From positions 966 through 64,965 of the forward strand of contig JAQGDQ010001074.1 in NCBI GenBank assembly GCA_030141605.1: a DNA stretch of 64,000 nt. Direction: 5' to 3'. How positions within the stretch are numbered: the stretch's first letter is position 1; every line of letters starts with the position of its first letter. The position numbers were made by a program, and so were the translations under genes. Under the pieces are notes generated by a model. That model was not told the DNA's origin, searched no databases, and saw only the letters and a program-made list of their open reading frames with translations. Source of the DNA: Tubiluchus corallicola (lineage: Eukaryota; Animalia; Priapulida). Of the stretch, positions 37,351-51,894 are shown one piece after another.

Positions 37351-40300
37351 ATGACAGGTCTGAACCAGTGGCTTTCTGTGACCGGATTACTATGTGTTTT
37401 GCTCAGGTATAGCAATTGGTTCTCTATTTAGTACATAGCAAAGTAATATTCGGTATATGCAAAGTTATCATTTGATTATACTACAACTAATGATCACTTA
37501 TAATTTATTAAATCTTGCATTTGTCGAACTACTGAACGAAATACTGTGTTTTGTCAATCTGGTATAATTTTTAAAGGAGTGTATTGTCGTTAATTTTTAA
37601 AAAATATACAATCCCGAGACCACAGTATATAGAACTGTAAAAGTTTTTTTCTGATTTATTTTAATTAAATAGCTTACAACATGTTGTGTTAACTTTTCAT
37701 TGGCTAATAATAATTTTTGGGTTAATACTTTGCCTTTTGATTGTTTTAACTACGAGGTAACATTTCGAATAAGAGACAGGACAGACTGAGAGACAAACAT
37801 AAAATATAAAGGCTTGGTATATCACGAACAATACATTCTGTATAATAACATATTAGAAATTTTCGTACCTGAATTAAATCTAATTTTAATCGTACACTCC
37901 ATGTACCTTGAAAATAATTATGTGAACATGGCAAGATCCGTTTTTACTTCGGAAACCAATCGGTGTTAGTTTTTTCAGTGCGAGGGGTGGCGCTGCATTT
38001 ATTTGCTTTTACGAAATAATGTTGGAATTTACTGTTAAAAATAATTTAAATTTGTGAACTGTGCATGCGTTTATGCAACAAAGATTATCGTTCTTTTTGT
38101 AATTATACGCGTAAAAGTGTTGAACTAAACGGCCTTTAAGTAACGGAAGTTTACACATACAATTATTGTTTTGGATTTCTAAATAAGACTAATATCATAA
38201 TCGCTCAATATTACTGTTGTGATATTAATCACAGGCCTACTGATATTACAAAACAAGTAAAAATTCATCTAAAAACGACCTTGTATAAAAGCCTGGCTAT
38301 ATAAAAGCTATCTTTAATACTGCTTATAATGAAAATGGCTTTTTAACAACATTCTGCCATCAATTTTAACAGTGCGCAAATTATAACAATAATAATAACA
38401 ACAATAATAAAACAATGATTTGTCAATAACTCTTTTGTTGAACATAATTACTAATACCTACATAATAACTACAAGATCCCGAAAGCTTCTGAAAAAATTA
38501 AAAAAAATTGAGAGTTATGGGTATTTTTACTTCTTTTACGATTATGACCATCGCAAGTCTCAGAAGAGCACTATCTTATTTTCAAGCTGTAATAGATTTT
38601 CATCAAAGTTTCTCTGTTAACAAACTTAAGTAATTTATATGTGATTCCCAAAGTTTTGCTCAGTTTATGGTTTATTATGCTTATTTGATACTTCCAGTTT
38701 AGGTGCTCATCAAGAAATATTCCCAAATATTTGACATATGACTTTTTTTTCTACAATGACGTTATTAAGAATAATGGATGCATTTCTTGATGGTGTTCTC
38801 TTTTTCTTTTTTGGGAGCATAAAGTTTGATTTCTTAATATTCAACGAGAGCTTATTTACATTCAGCCATTCTGCTACTTTATGTAATTGACTATTCATAA
38901 CACTTTCCAAATTAAAGTATCTATATTTGAATCACTTAAAAAATGTTTAATCACTTAAAAAGATCACCTGCAAAGTCTGAAAATTAAATTTGGGTAATTT
39001 GAGCTCATAAATGTTCAAGCTAGAATGGGCGAAAACCATAGTGTTATCTACAACTGCGACTTAAATATTTAATCTGGTATTCCTTCTTTATGTAACAAAC
39101 TCTTTTTCTTTAGTATCATCAATGAGTTGAAATAAAGAAGAACTTATTGTATTCAGTAGTGCAGCGCTTTTGACGGATTTATATTTTTAATAAGTAGATG
39201 AACGTGTCAGTTATTAACTTTTAATCAACGTGTGTTTTATATAATTGGCATGATTTCAGGTGGTCGTTTGTGGAAGCTGCAAGGGGAAAAAGGTTTGGGC
39301 TTTCATATCAAAAAGAAGAAGATCCTAATCATATCTCAAGTGAGTAGGGTCATTTTAATTAATAGATTATACAGATTATGGCTATTATGGTATTTCTGTA
39401 AATAAAAGTATTTCTCATGTGTATAGTGTTGTCGTTGTCGTTGTTGTTATTGTATGCACTTTCATAGTGTTTTTTTTATTTTTACCAATATAAGAAAGAA
39501 TAGAATGGAACTAAATTAACAATAATATCAAGTTCTTTAAAGGTTACAAAGATTAAATTAGAAGCAATACTAAACTCACTAAACTTAATACCAACTACTT
39601 AATTAATTTACGTGCAAAGACAGGAAGCAGCAGATGAGGTTCTCGGATTTCACAGTACGCTGTTCATATCAGCATTTTCAGCATTCGGCGAGCCTAAATA
39701 CTTGGCGCAATGCTTGATCTTGAGGTCAAGGAGTAGCGTCTCCGTATCCGTATCAGTATCATTAATAACCGTGAATTTGATTTTAGATTCATTTATCAAC
39801 ATTAAATACTCGTAACAAACGTTTAGTAAAATTTTGCACTTATCAACCAATTATGCTCTACTGGAGACAAGAATGACAGAGACGTACATCTCATGCTACT
39901 CCTTGATCCCCCTGATTAGTAAGTAATGACGGGTTAATAAACATCGTAAACAAACATTCAACTAGATTGAGCACCCTGACCATCTCCCATATCACAGGTA
40001 CAGTGTTTCTCATGAATCACTGCGGGTGTTGAAACATACATAACTACCAGAGCACGAAGCATCATATCTCAACATCCAAGTCTGCACAGTTCGAAAAAAA
40101 GTTGACTGGTCGCAAGCGCAGCTAAAATCCACAAAAGTATCAACAGTTTTCTTTTTTGCATTTAGCGGCTTCAATGGGTAAGCGAAGACCGATAATTTAC
40201 GATATTGTTGGGCTTCAGCTTGTTCATGGTCTGGATGCCACCAAACACTTAAATGTTAATTTAGTATTCTGTCGTACGATTTATTCAATATGCTCGGTAT

Positions 40301-43300
40301 ACTGAGGTCTCTATGGTTACTATAGAGAAATTTGTAGCTTTTTATGGGGAGGTACTAGTCGGGACACTGTCCACGTAGCAGGACAGAAACCACTACATTA
40401 TCTCATTACAAAGCTATTGAAAATTTCTCTGCACCTGTCCCTTTAAAGCACAAGTCCAGTTAATGAATTAGCTGCCTATTTATTACTTGTTGTCATTTAA
40501 TTTTCCAGTTTCAGTATTTTTCGATCGTATGTTCATCTATTTGGAAAATTTATCAGCTATTTCTTTGAACTGCAAAATTTCCTTCGTCCAGCTAACTTAT
40601 TAAAAGTATTAACTTTTTACTTTTAGGATTTAACACTATAACTAATATTCTCTAAAAAACTAAGTGGTTAGAATTGTTTGTATCTCATAGTTCTCCAATG
40701 ATTCCCTTTTGACCTGCAGGAAACACTAACTCGGTGTGCTCTTGTACGCAATTATACATGTGTTTAGACGTTGAGTAGATTTACCAGTTGAGAAAAGAAC
40801 AACTGCTTTGGAGAAATGTGGGTATACGATGGTATCATTTACATTATTGACTTCAATCAATGCCGTCAAGGATAACAAATTTTAGTGGCTTTTTACGCTT
40901 ATGCAATGTGATGATATCCTTTCTATGACAATTTACTATAAACGCCAAATATTAGAAATTCTGAAAAAATATCTTAAACACTTTCGTATTTAAAACCGCA
41001 CATGCCGCTTCAAAGTTTGTGTTTATGAAGGACAATGCTTTAGACAAAAATTTCAACATGGGACGGTAAAGATTCTGACGCCTTTAAATAGTTCAGACGA
41101 GCAAATTTAAAAGAAAATTGTGTTTTTTCAAGTTGGAATTTGACTTAACATAATGAAAAATTCTCACTTTTCAATCACACAAGTAAAACGTAATCGTATA
41201 TACTACAACGCAAAATAACTAGACAGATATCTTTTCTTGCATACATATCAAGGAAAGGGCGACTGAGCTAACGAAGACTGCACATCAGGCATAAATAGGA
41301 CCTGATATACACAGGTTTCATTAGGAACAAGACCATTATTTCCCAAAAGAGTGACAGTATGGTGGCCTGCCCTTCCCGAAGGAGAGTGCTCACTACAATA
41401 CAAGAAAGTACGTAACCTGTTTCTAGGGAATGCAAAAACAACGAGCAATAGTGCAGAGCAATTTATTGCATCAAAGTGCTGGCCAAACAATGGCGAACCC
41501 ATCACGCCCTCAAAATCTGGTGTGGAAGCCTCACGCGCCTCTTGAGGGGTATGATTGGAACAGTGACTCGAAGAACTCAAGATCATCCACGCTCTTGCAG
41601 AAGTCTCACAATCTTATCTATTGAAAGCTAATCAATGGCGTGCTTTTTATCATCTTACGTCAGCTCTGTCTTTCAGGATAGTTCGAATGTGTTTGGCAGA
41701 GTTGAAGTCTGGTAAATTTCCAGACCATTTCCAAAACCTCGATTGTCCCCACATTGCTTTCCGCGAAAATTTCGCAAAATTGTCGTGAAATGATCGCTAT
41801 ATATTCAACCGAATATCGCAGAAGTCGCCAAACATGAGTAAACAAGTAGAGCGACATTCTGGCGATTTCCGCTTGAGAAAAAAGCGCTGAACTCACACAA
41901 CGTTACGAAAATCGCGCGAAATTATATATACAGACCGCAATCGCGGCAACTTTTGACGCCTGTTGAGTAGAAAATTTTTGGTCGTCGCAGAAGAGTCGCA
42001 TCCCATGAAACCCTTGCTTTAATAAGATTGCAGGCGGTGCTAGACACACGATGCTTGAAAGCTAAATTTTGAGGCATGGCTCTCTTGATCAAGGCAATTT
42101 TATGTAAAATAGGCTACATAACAGACAATTTGTTCCATTGCTCTAATGTGCTAATGCAAACTGTACAGCACTTACTATTTGATTGTAACACATTAACACA
42201 TTGTTGTTACTATTCGATTTTTAATTATAACAATAGACTTGGTTTCGTTTCGAATTTACAATCACGAGATATTAGTAAGACTCTATACTGGCAGAGACCC
42301 GAAATTACTTACTGCATTCTAAAACTTGTTCGTGATGAATTCCTGTTAACATTCTGCAATCGCTACTAAATTTAGCCTAAAGTTGTAGCTTGCTGTGTAA
42401 ATTACCCTGTAAACGAATTGTATTACTGTGGACTTTGACTATCTGCCATCTGCATCCTATATGACCAGTATTATTATTTTATAAGTTCCAATTTTGTATT
42501 TCAATTGTTGTACCGAGTAACTGCTTAATTATATCTTTGATGTTTAATTCCTGTAATTTTAAACAGTATTTTACATTTTAATTGTGTAAGTTTCCCAAGC
42601 AAACAGAGGGACTTTTATTGAATATATCTATTCTTATCAATAAGCAGATTTAATAAAATAAGTAAAATCACTATTATTCAGCAATCCTTTGATATAATAG
42701 ATCTCTACCGTTACTAGTTGCTTCTGTATCACCCTATCGAAAGGTCATGCTCCACCCTACATTAAACTGTAAATTTTGTATCAAAAACTATGCGAACTGC
42801 GGTGCAACAGGACCTAATGTTTTTCACTTTTAGATAAGTGTAAACAACTAGAGTGTACACAAACTTTAAGTGTAAACAACAAGAGTGTAAGCAACAAAAA
42901 AGCACGATCAAGGCCGGTGAGTTAGCTTCTAGTCTTATGGACAATAATACCACTAAATTTTGGAACAATGTAAAACGCCGTAATAATTCTAAAGTTCCAC
43001 TGTCTCCCATAGTCGGTAATTGCGGACATGTGGGGTAGTTATTACCAATCCATTTTGAATACTGGGAATAATGACGACGATTGCAAAAATTAGACCTAAA
43101 AAAACCTAAATTACATAAATCAGCTGGCTCTGACGGCCTTGTGGGAAAGTACTTTTTATACTCATCACACTGTTTGCCTGTACGTATTACCTTTTCCTCG
43201 TGTATCACTCATGCTCACTTACCTCAGAGTTTAATTCACAGTGTGGTCGTGCCCAGAGTTAAAGTAAAAACTGTAACCTGACAGATGTTAATAACAATCG

Positions 43301-46300
43301 CCCGATTGCTCTATAAACGGTTGCTAGTAAACTTCTAGAACACATTATTATTACTATGCGGTACGATAATTATCTAGTAACAACGTCTAACAACTTTAGT
43401 TACAAATCAAAACATGGCACTGAGATGTGCTATTTCACTCTAAATGAAATTGTTAACTTTTACTTAGAGAAAAATAGCTGTGCTCACACAGGTCTAAAAG
43501 CTTTCGATATGCTGTTACTGTATATTATTTCTAAAGTTGCTAGACACTCACTGTCCTCACATTATTGTAAGATTATTGTATATCTGGTACACTAGACGGC
43601 ATATGTGCATAAGATGGGGTAAAGCTATATCTGCTAATTTTGCAATTTCTAACGGATTGAGACAAGGCAGTCTCTTGTTTCCAAAACTGTACAATACGTA
43701 TATTTATGGTGCTAGCAATATTCTAGCGAACATCCACCTAGGTTGCTATATTGGGAATAATTGCACAAATCACTTGATTTATACCGATGACGCTTCCTTA
43801 ATTACTTCTACCATTACGGGTTTGCAACAGCTCACTGATAAATACATGAATTACATAAATAAATTAGAAGTCACTTTTAAGATGAAGAAAACAAAATTTC
43901 TTTCTTTGAAACGTAATGGCTAATGTTCCCACTGATTTAGATTTATTTTATTCATCCATTTAGAATTAATAATAATACATTATTATTAACTACAGACATA
44001 ACACATAATACAAAGCACACACAGAACATAACGTAAACCAAATACAACAATGACAAAAAAGAGAGGGGGCTCCTATAACATGACCAAAAAGGGTAGACAA
44101 GTTTCTCATTACCAAAATCACATCAAGGCAACAGCCAATTGTTTAACTGTATACCAATCAAACCTAAATAAAAGACGGCGATTTTTAAAAACATTTTCAA
44201 AAGATTAAGGCTGCTTATTCTGTCAGAAATATTAACTGGAGGGTTTTTGTTGTCTAATCACTAAATATGTGCTGCTAATGAAGAGAAACATCTAAGACAT
44301 TTACTAATCAGTGATGGTAGAGACGATAAAGACATGGCGAGCAACGTCAACTTTTTTTAATCAGAAGCAATAAGCTGATTCGTGACTGTAGCTAAATTGT
44401 CAAAAAAATCCTTATCAGTTATTGCACCTCTTTGTACTGCTCAACTCTTTGGCGCAAGTATTGCATGTATAGTCTTAAAGATTTGAAAAAATGGTATAAG
44501 TAGGTTACTTAACCAACCATATGATTGCTTTGCAAGAAGTATGTATATAAAACTTGGTATACTATATAATGGCATATTATTACGTAATTAAACTCAAATG
44601 ACATCAACACTACACACAAACAACAAAAATAGACAAGCAACTGCAAACCATAAATCTGCAACGGCACACACTTACAAAATTATCGCCAAAGGAAAAGGGT
44701 CATCAGGTGAGGCACCGGGAAATATTCAGATTTCGGTCCCTACTCACTATCTTCAAACTCTCCTGGTGGGGGCCCCGTTATATTGACAGCCCAACCTTAT
44801 ATGTTGAAGTTATAACTACAGACATAACACATAATACAAAGCACACACAGAACATAACGTAAACCAAATACAACAATGACAAAAAAGAGAGGGGGCTCCT
44901 ATAACATGACCAAAAAGGGTAGACAAGTTTCTCATTACCAAAATCACATCAAGGCAACAGCCAATTGTTTAACTGTATACCAATCAAACCTAAATAAAAG
45001 ACGGCGATTTTTAAAAACATTTTCAAAAGATTAAGGCTGCTTATTCTGTCAGAAACAGAATTTAATTTCCAGCGATGCTCTTGTGTATTGCAAATTGCTT
45101 GTTTGTGTGTACCAATATATAGTGTTCTTTATATAGTATAGTAACAAGACAAAGTTACACTTGCAGTTTACACTTGCAATATAACAAAGTAATGGTTAAA
45201 CGTATTAGTTGTAAATTTTATGTAATTAGTAATTGTGTTATTGTAATTTTTGTTCATGTAATATTATTCTGTTTCTTGTATTGTATGGTATACTAACTGT
45301 TGTTATATGAGCAATGCTTGAAATGAAAACTTTCCTTACTTAGTAAACTACCTATATATGTTTGAAACTGTATGTTTAGGAATAGGGCAAAGGTGGGTTC
45401 TTGCATTGCTAGCGCGTTACGAATGAAGTTGTTGCATGACATTTGGCTATATACAAAATTACTTTTTTGTCGGGCATACTCCTATTGACTGTGAACACAA
45501 CAACAAAGGACAGGTCTCGCATTGTAACTCGAACCAAACTGACTTCAGATCAAAGTTAATATTATTATAAATCACTCACAACTAGACAACAACATGATTA
45601 TACTTTGCTTCTACATGCCTGAACTCCAAACAGACGTCTAGCATTTTGTGAATTTTATGATAACGAAGTAGAATGCTAATTTTAATTTGATATCAGTTAG
45701 TGCGCCAAATCGAATTAATGGTATAGCATTAAATTTATGACAGTCCTTGCTGTCATAACAGTGTTACTGGGCCAATAATGTCGTTACCGTCATTACCGTG
45801 GTTACGTAAGTCCTCGGTCAAACTTCTGCGATAGCCTACAGTGACTCACAAACTAAATAATTACTTATTATTTAATTAAACCTATGGAGGCGTAAAAATG
45901 TATAGAATGAGATTATGAGATCATGTTGAGTTTATTACCCCTTGTTGTCATAGCTCATTTTCGCAACATGGATTCGTCTTACCAGTTCACCTGGCAGGTA
46001 AACTAATCGTCAACAATTTAAATGAGAAATATTGCGCTGAATCTACAAATATAGGCTGAACACAAAAGCCTGCCAACAAACAGCAACAAATAGTGATAGA
46101 ATTCAGATTTCAGAGGATTCTCAGAGTATTCAAAATTACAAAATTGCAAGCTGAATACACAATTTGTTGTACGACGAATAAACTGAGCAACCTGAGGGCA
46201 ATCAGATTTTCAAATAAACCTACAAGTGTTCTGCCATTCAATCAATCAATTAGTCAAGAAGCCATTATCTACTCAATATCTATTAAAACAGGGGCCTCAG

Positions 46301-49300
46301 TACTTGCACCAAAACTGCTTATTCAACTGAACTTCAACTCTTCAGTTAGCCCAGATAGGTCATTTTAACCGATATCTCGATTTTTCAAAATGACAATAAA
46401 ATTTCGCGTTAATAAATCAACAAAATCCTTGTGGCAGTTTTCACGATATAGTTACACATCTTTTATATTTTACAAACAAAGGATTTAAATTACTAAAATT
46501 TCTTTATCTCAACTGTTGTATATTAATGACCAACTTTGTACAAACTTATAACGGCAGTTATTAAAACAGGAACAGAGGACTATTATAACTGCTATGTTTT
46601 AGAATCAAGGAAATTAAATAATTTAAGGCGGTTGCGAAATTTTATAAATCAAATATTGTGTCATTTGTTCTGCACGCACTACACGTTCTACTTGCTCTAC
46701 TACGTAATTAGCCGGGTAATCATTGCATTTTGTAACAGTTGAACGTTGACCTGCAAACCATCACCACCATAGTCCTGACCGTCAAAATACGTGAAACATA
46801 ATTCATAAAAATTTATGACTCAATTTGACAGACAACTGTGACACCATAGTTATTTTCTGCAGGCGATTCATTGCCTTACATTATTTTATATTTATGAGTA
46901 ACTTGGCGTACTTATGAAATAGCCCTTGGGTCCAAAACGAAAGAGAAGACTGAATATCTGAAATTTAATACTCGCTATATATCTGTAGGCTTATTTGCCC
47001 ACATCAATCAATATCTTGCAAAACAAACAACTTTCAACAATTTCTAAATAACAACTATTATCGTAAGTCTTACAGTGCGATGCAGTACATTTTTTCATAA
47101 GCGATTTTTTTTTCAGATACAATTGTTTTTCATGATGGCAAGAAAGTAAGACAGTATATGTAAATGATTTTTTTCAGATAGAATTGTTTTTCAAACTGGC
47201 AAGAAAAGTAAGACTTTATAAGCATTAAATTAGCAAATTCAATCTTTTCAACGAACTAAAGATTGTCTTGTTAAACTTTACAAACCTTGTATTAAGATTA
47301 CCAAGTAATTTTTATGGAACGAAAAATTTTGAAACAATTACAGTAGACATAAATGAGGGAATTGGTAGAGCGAGGAGCAGAATTGAGTAGTCAGTGTACA
47401 CGCTTAGAAGTTGAAACTAAAATTACTCTGAGTTTGACCAGTAAACGGCTAAACAGCCGCCTGGTAAACTGCCTCTGGACGATTTCTTCTGCCAGAATCC
47501 ACCATTTTAGCTGTTTATGTTGCTGAGACAGAATTTAGAATGTGGCTAGGGTACCCCTGCCAGTTTAGTGTCTCATCTTCGAACATTGCTCTTGTATTCT
47601 ACATCAAATATAGGCCCTGACGTTGAGTGCTAATACTGACTACTAGTCTGCAGAGTGCCAAACTGAATAAAAATCTACAGTTTGTATAATCAAGTCTACA
47701 GTTTCTATAATCAAAATCATTTTGTGCTAAGTCATGTCACAGCGGGACACAGCATATTTGCTTACAAAAAGAAACACCCAATTACTACTACTTTGGAAAA
47801 TTAAGCTGAATACCTTGATACCAATGCACACACAGAAACACAAGAATCTACGTTTTCTGTGATTGTGTGTGTTCTATGCTTTAGTGTTTAATCTAAAATG
47901 GAATTAAACAACAATTACACTTTAAACTTTGTTTCAGGTATACAGTGTTTCGCCGAATGTGATTACATGGTGATCTCTATAAAGTTTACTGAATATTTTC
48001 ACGGAGTTGTGCGGACAGATAATGCGGGATACAGAAAAACTAAAGACCCCAGATGCAAGTTCTACGGCACAGGGCGCCATTTTCTCTACACAAAAGTGCC
48101 ACTAAAAGCATGTGGTACTTTTAAACTCGTGGAGAGAACAATAGGGGTATGTTCTTTTGCTTTTTATGTTGTATTTTAAGCAGGTCTATACCTCGTACTT
48201 TTTTTACCTGTTAATAACGATATATTCTCATACATTCTTTATTGTGATTATGATGCTAGATAGATAATATTTTAATATTAAATGCTCCAATTTCTTAATC
48301 AACGACTAATCGTTAAAATAGCTCGCCAATTGTCAGCGCGGGAGTTTAAACTTCAAATTTTATTCAGAATTACTGTTAACACAAGCTCTGAATACAGTAA
48401 GACAGCATATAAGTGCTACAAAATTCCAATACCGTTTTTAAGCTTATTTATGAGCTTTGTTTTCTTGTCCTTTAAGGTAGTGGAAATGCCGGAACTGCAC
48501 AGTAATAACAATCATAATTATTCATAATCCGGTAAATTAACGCTTATTTATTCCTATTATTTATATTGTCGACATTAGCGGAAGTCGGCGGCATTTTATA
48601 AAATACAACACAATGATTCTAATAAAATCGCAATTATACAACAAATCAGTCCATTAAAATTTTATTGTTATCAAACGCATTCTTAGCCATTATCTTCTCT
48701 TTAGGTGTCAACGTTTAGGAGTCAGGTCGCATGAATGGCGGCAGTTCAGCGATATGCTACTACGCTTAGATCTAATTTAGTTGAACTTGAAAATTATGTA
48801 TACCCTTACGTATGTCTCGAAAATTTCATTTAATTTCATGCATTTTTTGTGTTTGTCTGTACCCAATATAAATGAGAAATATCTACTGAAATGATGTCTT
48901 TAACATTTTACTCTGTAGCACGAAAACAAAAATCAGAAAAGACAAATAACTGATTAATTTGTTTTGCAAATTTCCTCCCATGCATTCGACATCTGTCGTC
49001 TGTCGACATAATACAGAACCATACAGACATGTTTGACAAGAATCAACATATTTTTGTTGGTTTTTGTTTGTTATTGTTGTTGTTCATGTTTTCCTATAGT
49101 TCGGGAGCGGACAGCCAGGAAACCAATAACTTTTTGTAGTCTATATATGCGACAAATGCAAATAATTGTAGTTATATAAATACAAATAAATAAATAAATA
49201 TTCGCTTACGAAAAATGACAGGCTGTTGTTTCACTAGACCTTCAATGTTCTCACGAAGTGGCAGCTTGACTCAGTTGGTCCAAGGCGACTTAAATATCAT

Positions 49301-51894
49301 TCCAAAAATGCTTAGTTAAGTGTGCATGCAGTCATAATTATAGTCATTTCACTATGATTGACCCAAAATTATTAGGAGTTTTAACTATTTCAAATGTTTT
49401 AAATAATTATACCAAAATAATTGTTCTCAAAATATTTCCATCTCCAATTGTGGAAAGGACACCTATTGTAACACTGCCAATGTTAGAGCTGGAATTTGAC
49501 CTTATGTCAGGGGATTTTGCATAAGCTGCTAAACCTATGCATAAACAACAATTCTTATCAATCTTTTATTCTTATATTTTAGTACAAAGGAAAGAAAATC
49601 CGCTACGAAACTAGCATAGTTATTCAAGATTTCGAGTCATCTCAAAGGTTCACCGTGGAATGCACTCAGACAAATCTTGCCTTCCCTTCATATGATAGAC
49701 AGTAAGTGTAATCCGTATACTTGTACTTAAATTACGTGCGAATAAAGTTTTTAATTTGGTCAGCACCTTATTGTGAACGAGCTTCTGCTCAGTCAGCTGT
49801 TGTCATGAATACATGTTTTACCTATTAGGCCTACTAGTATTTCAATAACTTATCTAGGAGTGAAAATACAAGTTTTTAGTAAAAAGCATGATTATGAAAT
49901 ACTCTACTTTACGTGCTTATTTACATTAAATTATTTGAAAATAGAACAACATAATGTCTATAAAACAACTTTATATGTCTAATTTTACAACCAAGATAAT
50001 TAATTGTCTTTAACACTAAGTCTATTTATACATAAAAGTAATATTATATGTATATATATATATATATTATTTATTTATGAATAAATATTTAGGTAATGTA
50101 CAATAATACTTGATACTGCTAGAATTAGGGTATGATTGTTATTATTGTATTGTAACTTATTAAATTTTTTTGTGTTTGCTAATCTGTTGTCACTCTATGT
50201 GTTGTTTTGTTGTATCGTGAAATTACGTAATTGTTACAACAAATTAAATTAAATTATTATAACGTTACTTCATAATTAACATGGTCTTGTTACTGCATTA
50301 TCGGTTATCGAAAAAGTATACGACACTTTAATCATCGTAGCACAGCGTCAAATACTTCCAACCAAACAGTAGCAGCTTAATTGGTGATTTATCCAATGGT
50401 AGCGTAAGCAACAAAATCGACTATCTGCTTTTAATAAAACATGAAAAGTGCCAAAAAAGGCGACTTTGTGGGGCGTTTAATATTTATACATTCGGAAGAA
50501 AGTAATAAAGTATTTAAAATAAGAATAACAGAAATATTTTACAGTTTGGAGTTACTCCAAAGCCTTTTACTAATTTCACTTTTATTATTTTCACAGAGGG
50601 ACATGCAGGAGGAAAATGGATTTATTTGATACGTTTAATGAGTTAAATGGTAAGCACTTATTACACGACTATGTATTATACACAATTTATCTTCTTTTCA
50701 TGTATCTATACATTATCTTCTTTTCGTACAATGTGCTCATTAACATAAATAATTCTAATGTAATTGAATGCAAACCTTATAATTGTTGTATCTTTTAGCT
50801 ATAAACGTTTACACTTGCTCGACCAAAAAATTTAAACTTGCATTATTGTTGAATTGAAATGAATTGTCTCAGATGATTAATGTTCCAACAACTTACGTCG
50901 GATCCTAAGAGAACCCAACGTTAGACATCGAGTCCACGAGTTTCATCAGGCATCATTCACTTTTAATTCATGTTAACTCGCCTACGCCAGTGCTATGTAC
51001 TTTCTGGGTGGTAGATACCTGGGAATGGAGCTCAGATAATGGTATGGTTTAAAAACCTGGGTTGTTTAATAGCTCGAGATTGGAACCAAAATGTGAAAAT
51101 TAGGGCAAATTGATCGTTCACGCATGAGAAAACCGCACTGTACCAGACGTAGTCAAGGGATAATTAGTCCTGAGTACCGTGCACGCAGGTTAGTCACACC
51201 TGAGTATTATACTCAACAGTTTTCGTCAATGAGTAAAGCCACGCTGGACCACGTACAGTCAAATGTTAAATGCTGTCATGCTCGCGGATTTGGATCTGAA
51301 TTCATCCATTTCGTCTAAACGAATATTTTACTTTTAGATGCTAATCTCGGGGAGGATTGTATTGTAAATGGTCAATGCCGCAATCGACACGGTCACTGCG
51401 GACGAGTAGAGGGACATGAGTCTGACTTCTGCATTTGTAACCATGGATACCATCCTGCACTGGTGTACAACAACTATCAAGAAAGCTCTAAAATCGAATG
51501 CAGAAAGACGAGTAAGTTTATTCTTACAAATTCTTACACGCATTTTTGGATTACACGCTTGAGAAGCAACTCTACACATAGGTTTCTTTTGCCGTGATGC
51601 TGCTCTCATTCTCGTTGTCGTTCATGTAATAACTTTTATTGTGACATCGCAACATAGTTTATCCGTACTCGAAATGGATGCCATGACAACGGTAGATGTC
51701 CTAAATGTCCAACTTAATAAAATCAATTTAAGTTGTTGTCATTTTACCTATTGGTGCCCTCTTTTTGAAGGAATAATAACGTCATGTGGCCTAAAGAAGA
51801 AAAGCAGCGCACTGCCAATGTTATAAAGGCATTCCGTGTAACTATTTACAAAGAATTATATAGTAAAATACTGATATTTCTTACAGAGAGCTGA
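37351..51894 (+). CDS. Secreted protein with signal peptide, isolated ZP-N (cuticlin-like) domain and C-terminal EB/EGF-like module, ~232 aa
   Basis: Exons 37351-37406, 39260-39339, 47938-48146, 49583-49701, 50597-50649, 51338-51511 and a tentative terminal exon 51887-51894 join with matching phases (2,1,0,2,1,1). Signal MTGLNQWLSVTGLLCVLLRWSFVEA; ZP-N pattern C..YMVISIKFTEYFHGVV...DPRCKFYGTG...VPLKACG...YETSIVIQ...FTVEC; EB-like LGEDCIVNGQC...HC...FCICNHGY...IEC. The last exon is uncertain. Confidence 0.75.
38600..39000 (-). mobile_element. CR1/L2-group LINE reverse transcriptase fragment
   Basis: Minus-strand peptides VAEWLNVNKLSLNIKKSNFML and, after a frameshift, KYLGIFLDEHLNWKYQI are typical of the C-terminal end of the RT domain. 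Confidence 0.8.
41660..42018 (-). mobile_element. Partial copy of the Harbinger-like MITE family
   Basis: Ends in GTCGCATCCCATGAAACCCTTGCT, the reverse complement of a variant of the left terminus at 1250. The interior is similarly CG-rich. Confidence 0.6.
42850..43923 (+). mobile_element. Degenerate LINE ORF2 (reverse transcriptase domain)
   Basis: Broken ORFs with KSAGSDGL, NNRPIAL, SYKSKHGTEMC, KAFD, NGLRQGSLLFPKLYN, HLIYTDD (YADD-derived) and GLQQL. Confidence 0.9.
43987..45055. repeat. Two 243-bp direct repeats (43987-44229 and 44813-45055) separated by 583 bp
   Basis: Both copies run from TAACTACAGACATAACAC to GCTTATTCTGTCAGAAA and look identical by eye. Confidence 0.9.

Noticed and set aside
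41248-41624. Overlapping short ORFs in a GC-richer patch
   Set aside because: No recognisable motif or splice context; possibly a decayed transposon piece, but unsupported.
43987-45055. TRIM or LTR element interpretation of the 243-bp direct repeats
   Set aside because: No TG...CA termini, primer-binding site or target-site duplication was seen.
45738-45810. Hydrophobic mini-ORF (MTVLAVITVLLGQ) as the signal exon of the ZP-N gene
   Set aside because: It stops at TAA before the nearby donor, whereas exons 37351-37406 and 39260-39339 give a complete in-phase signal peptide.
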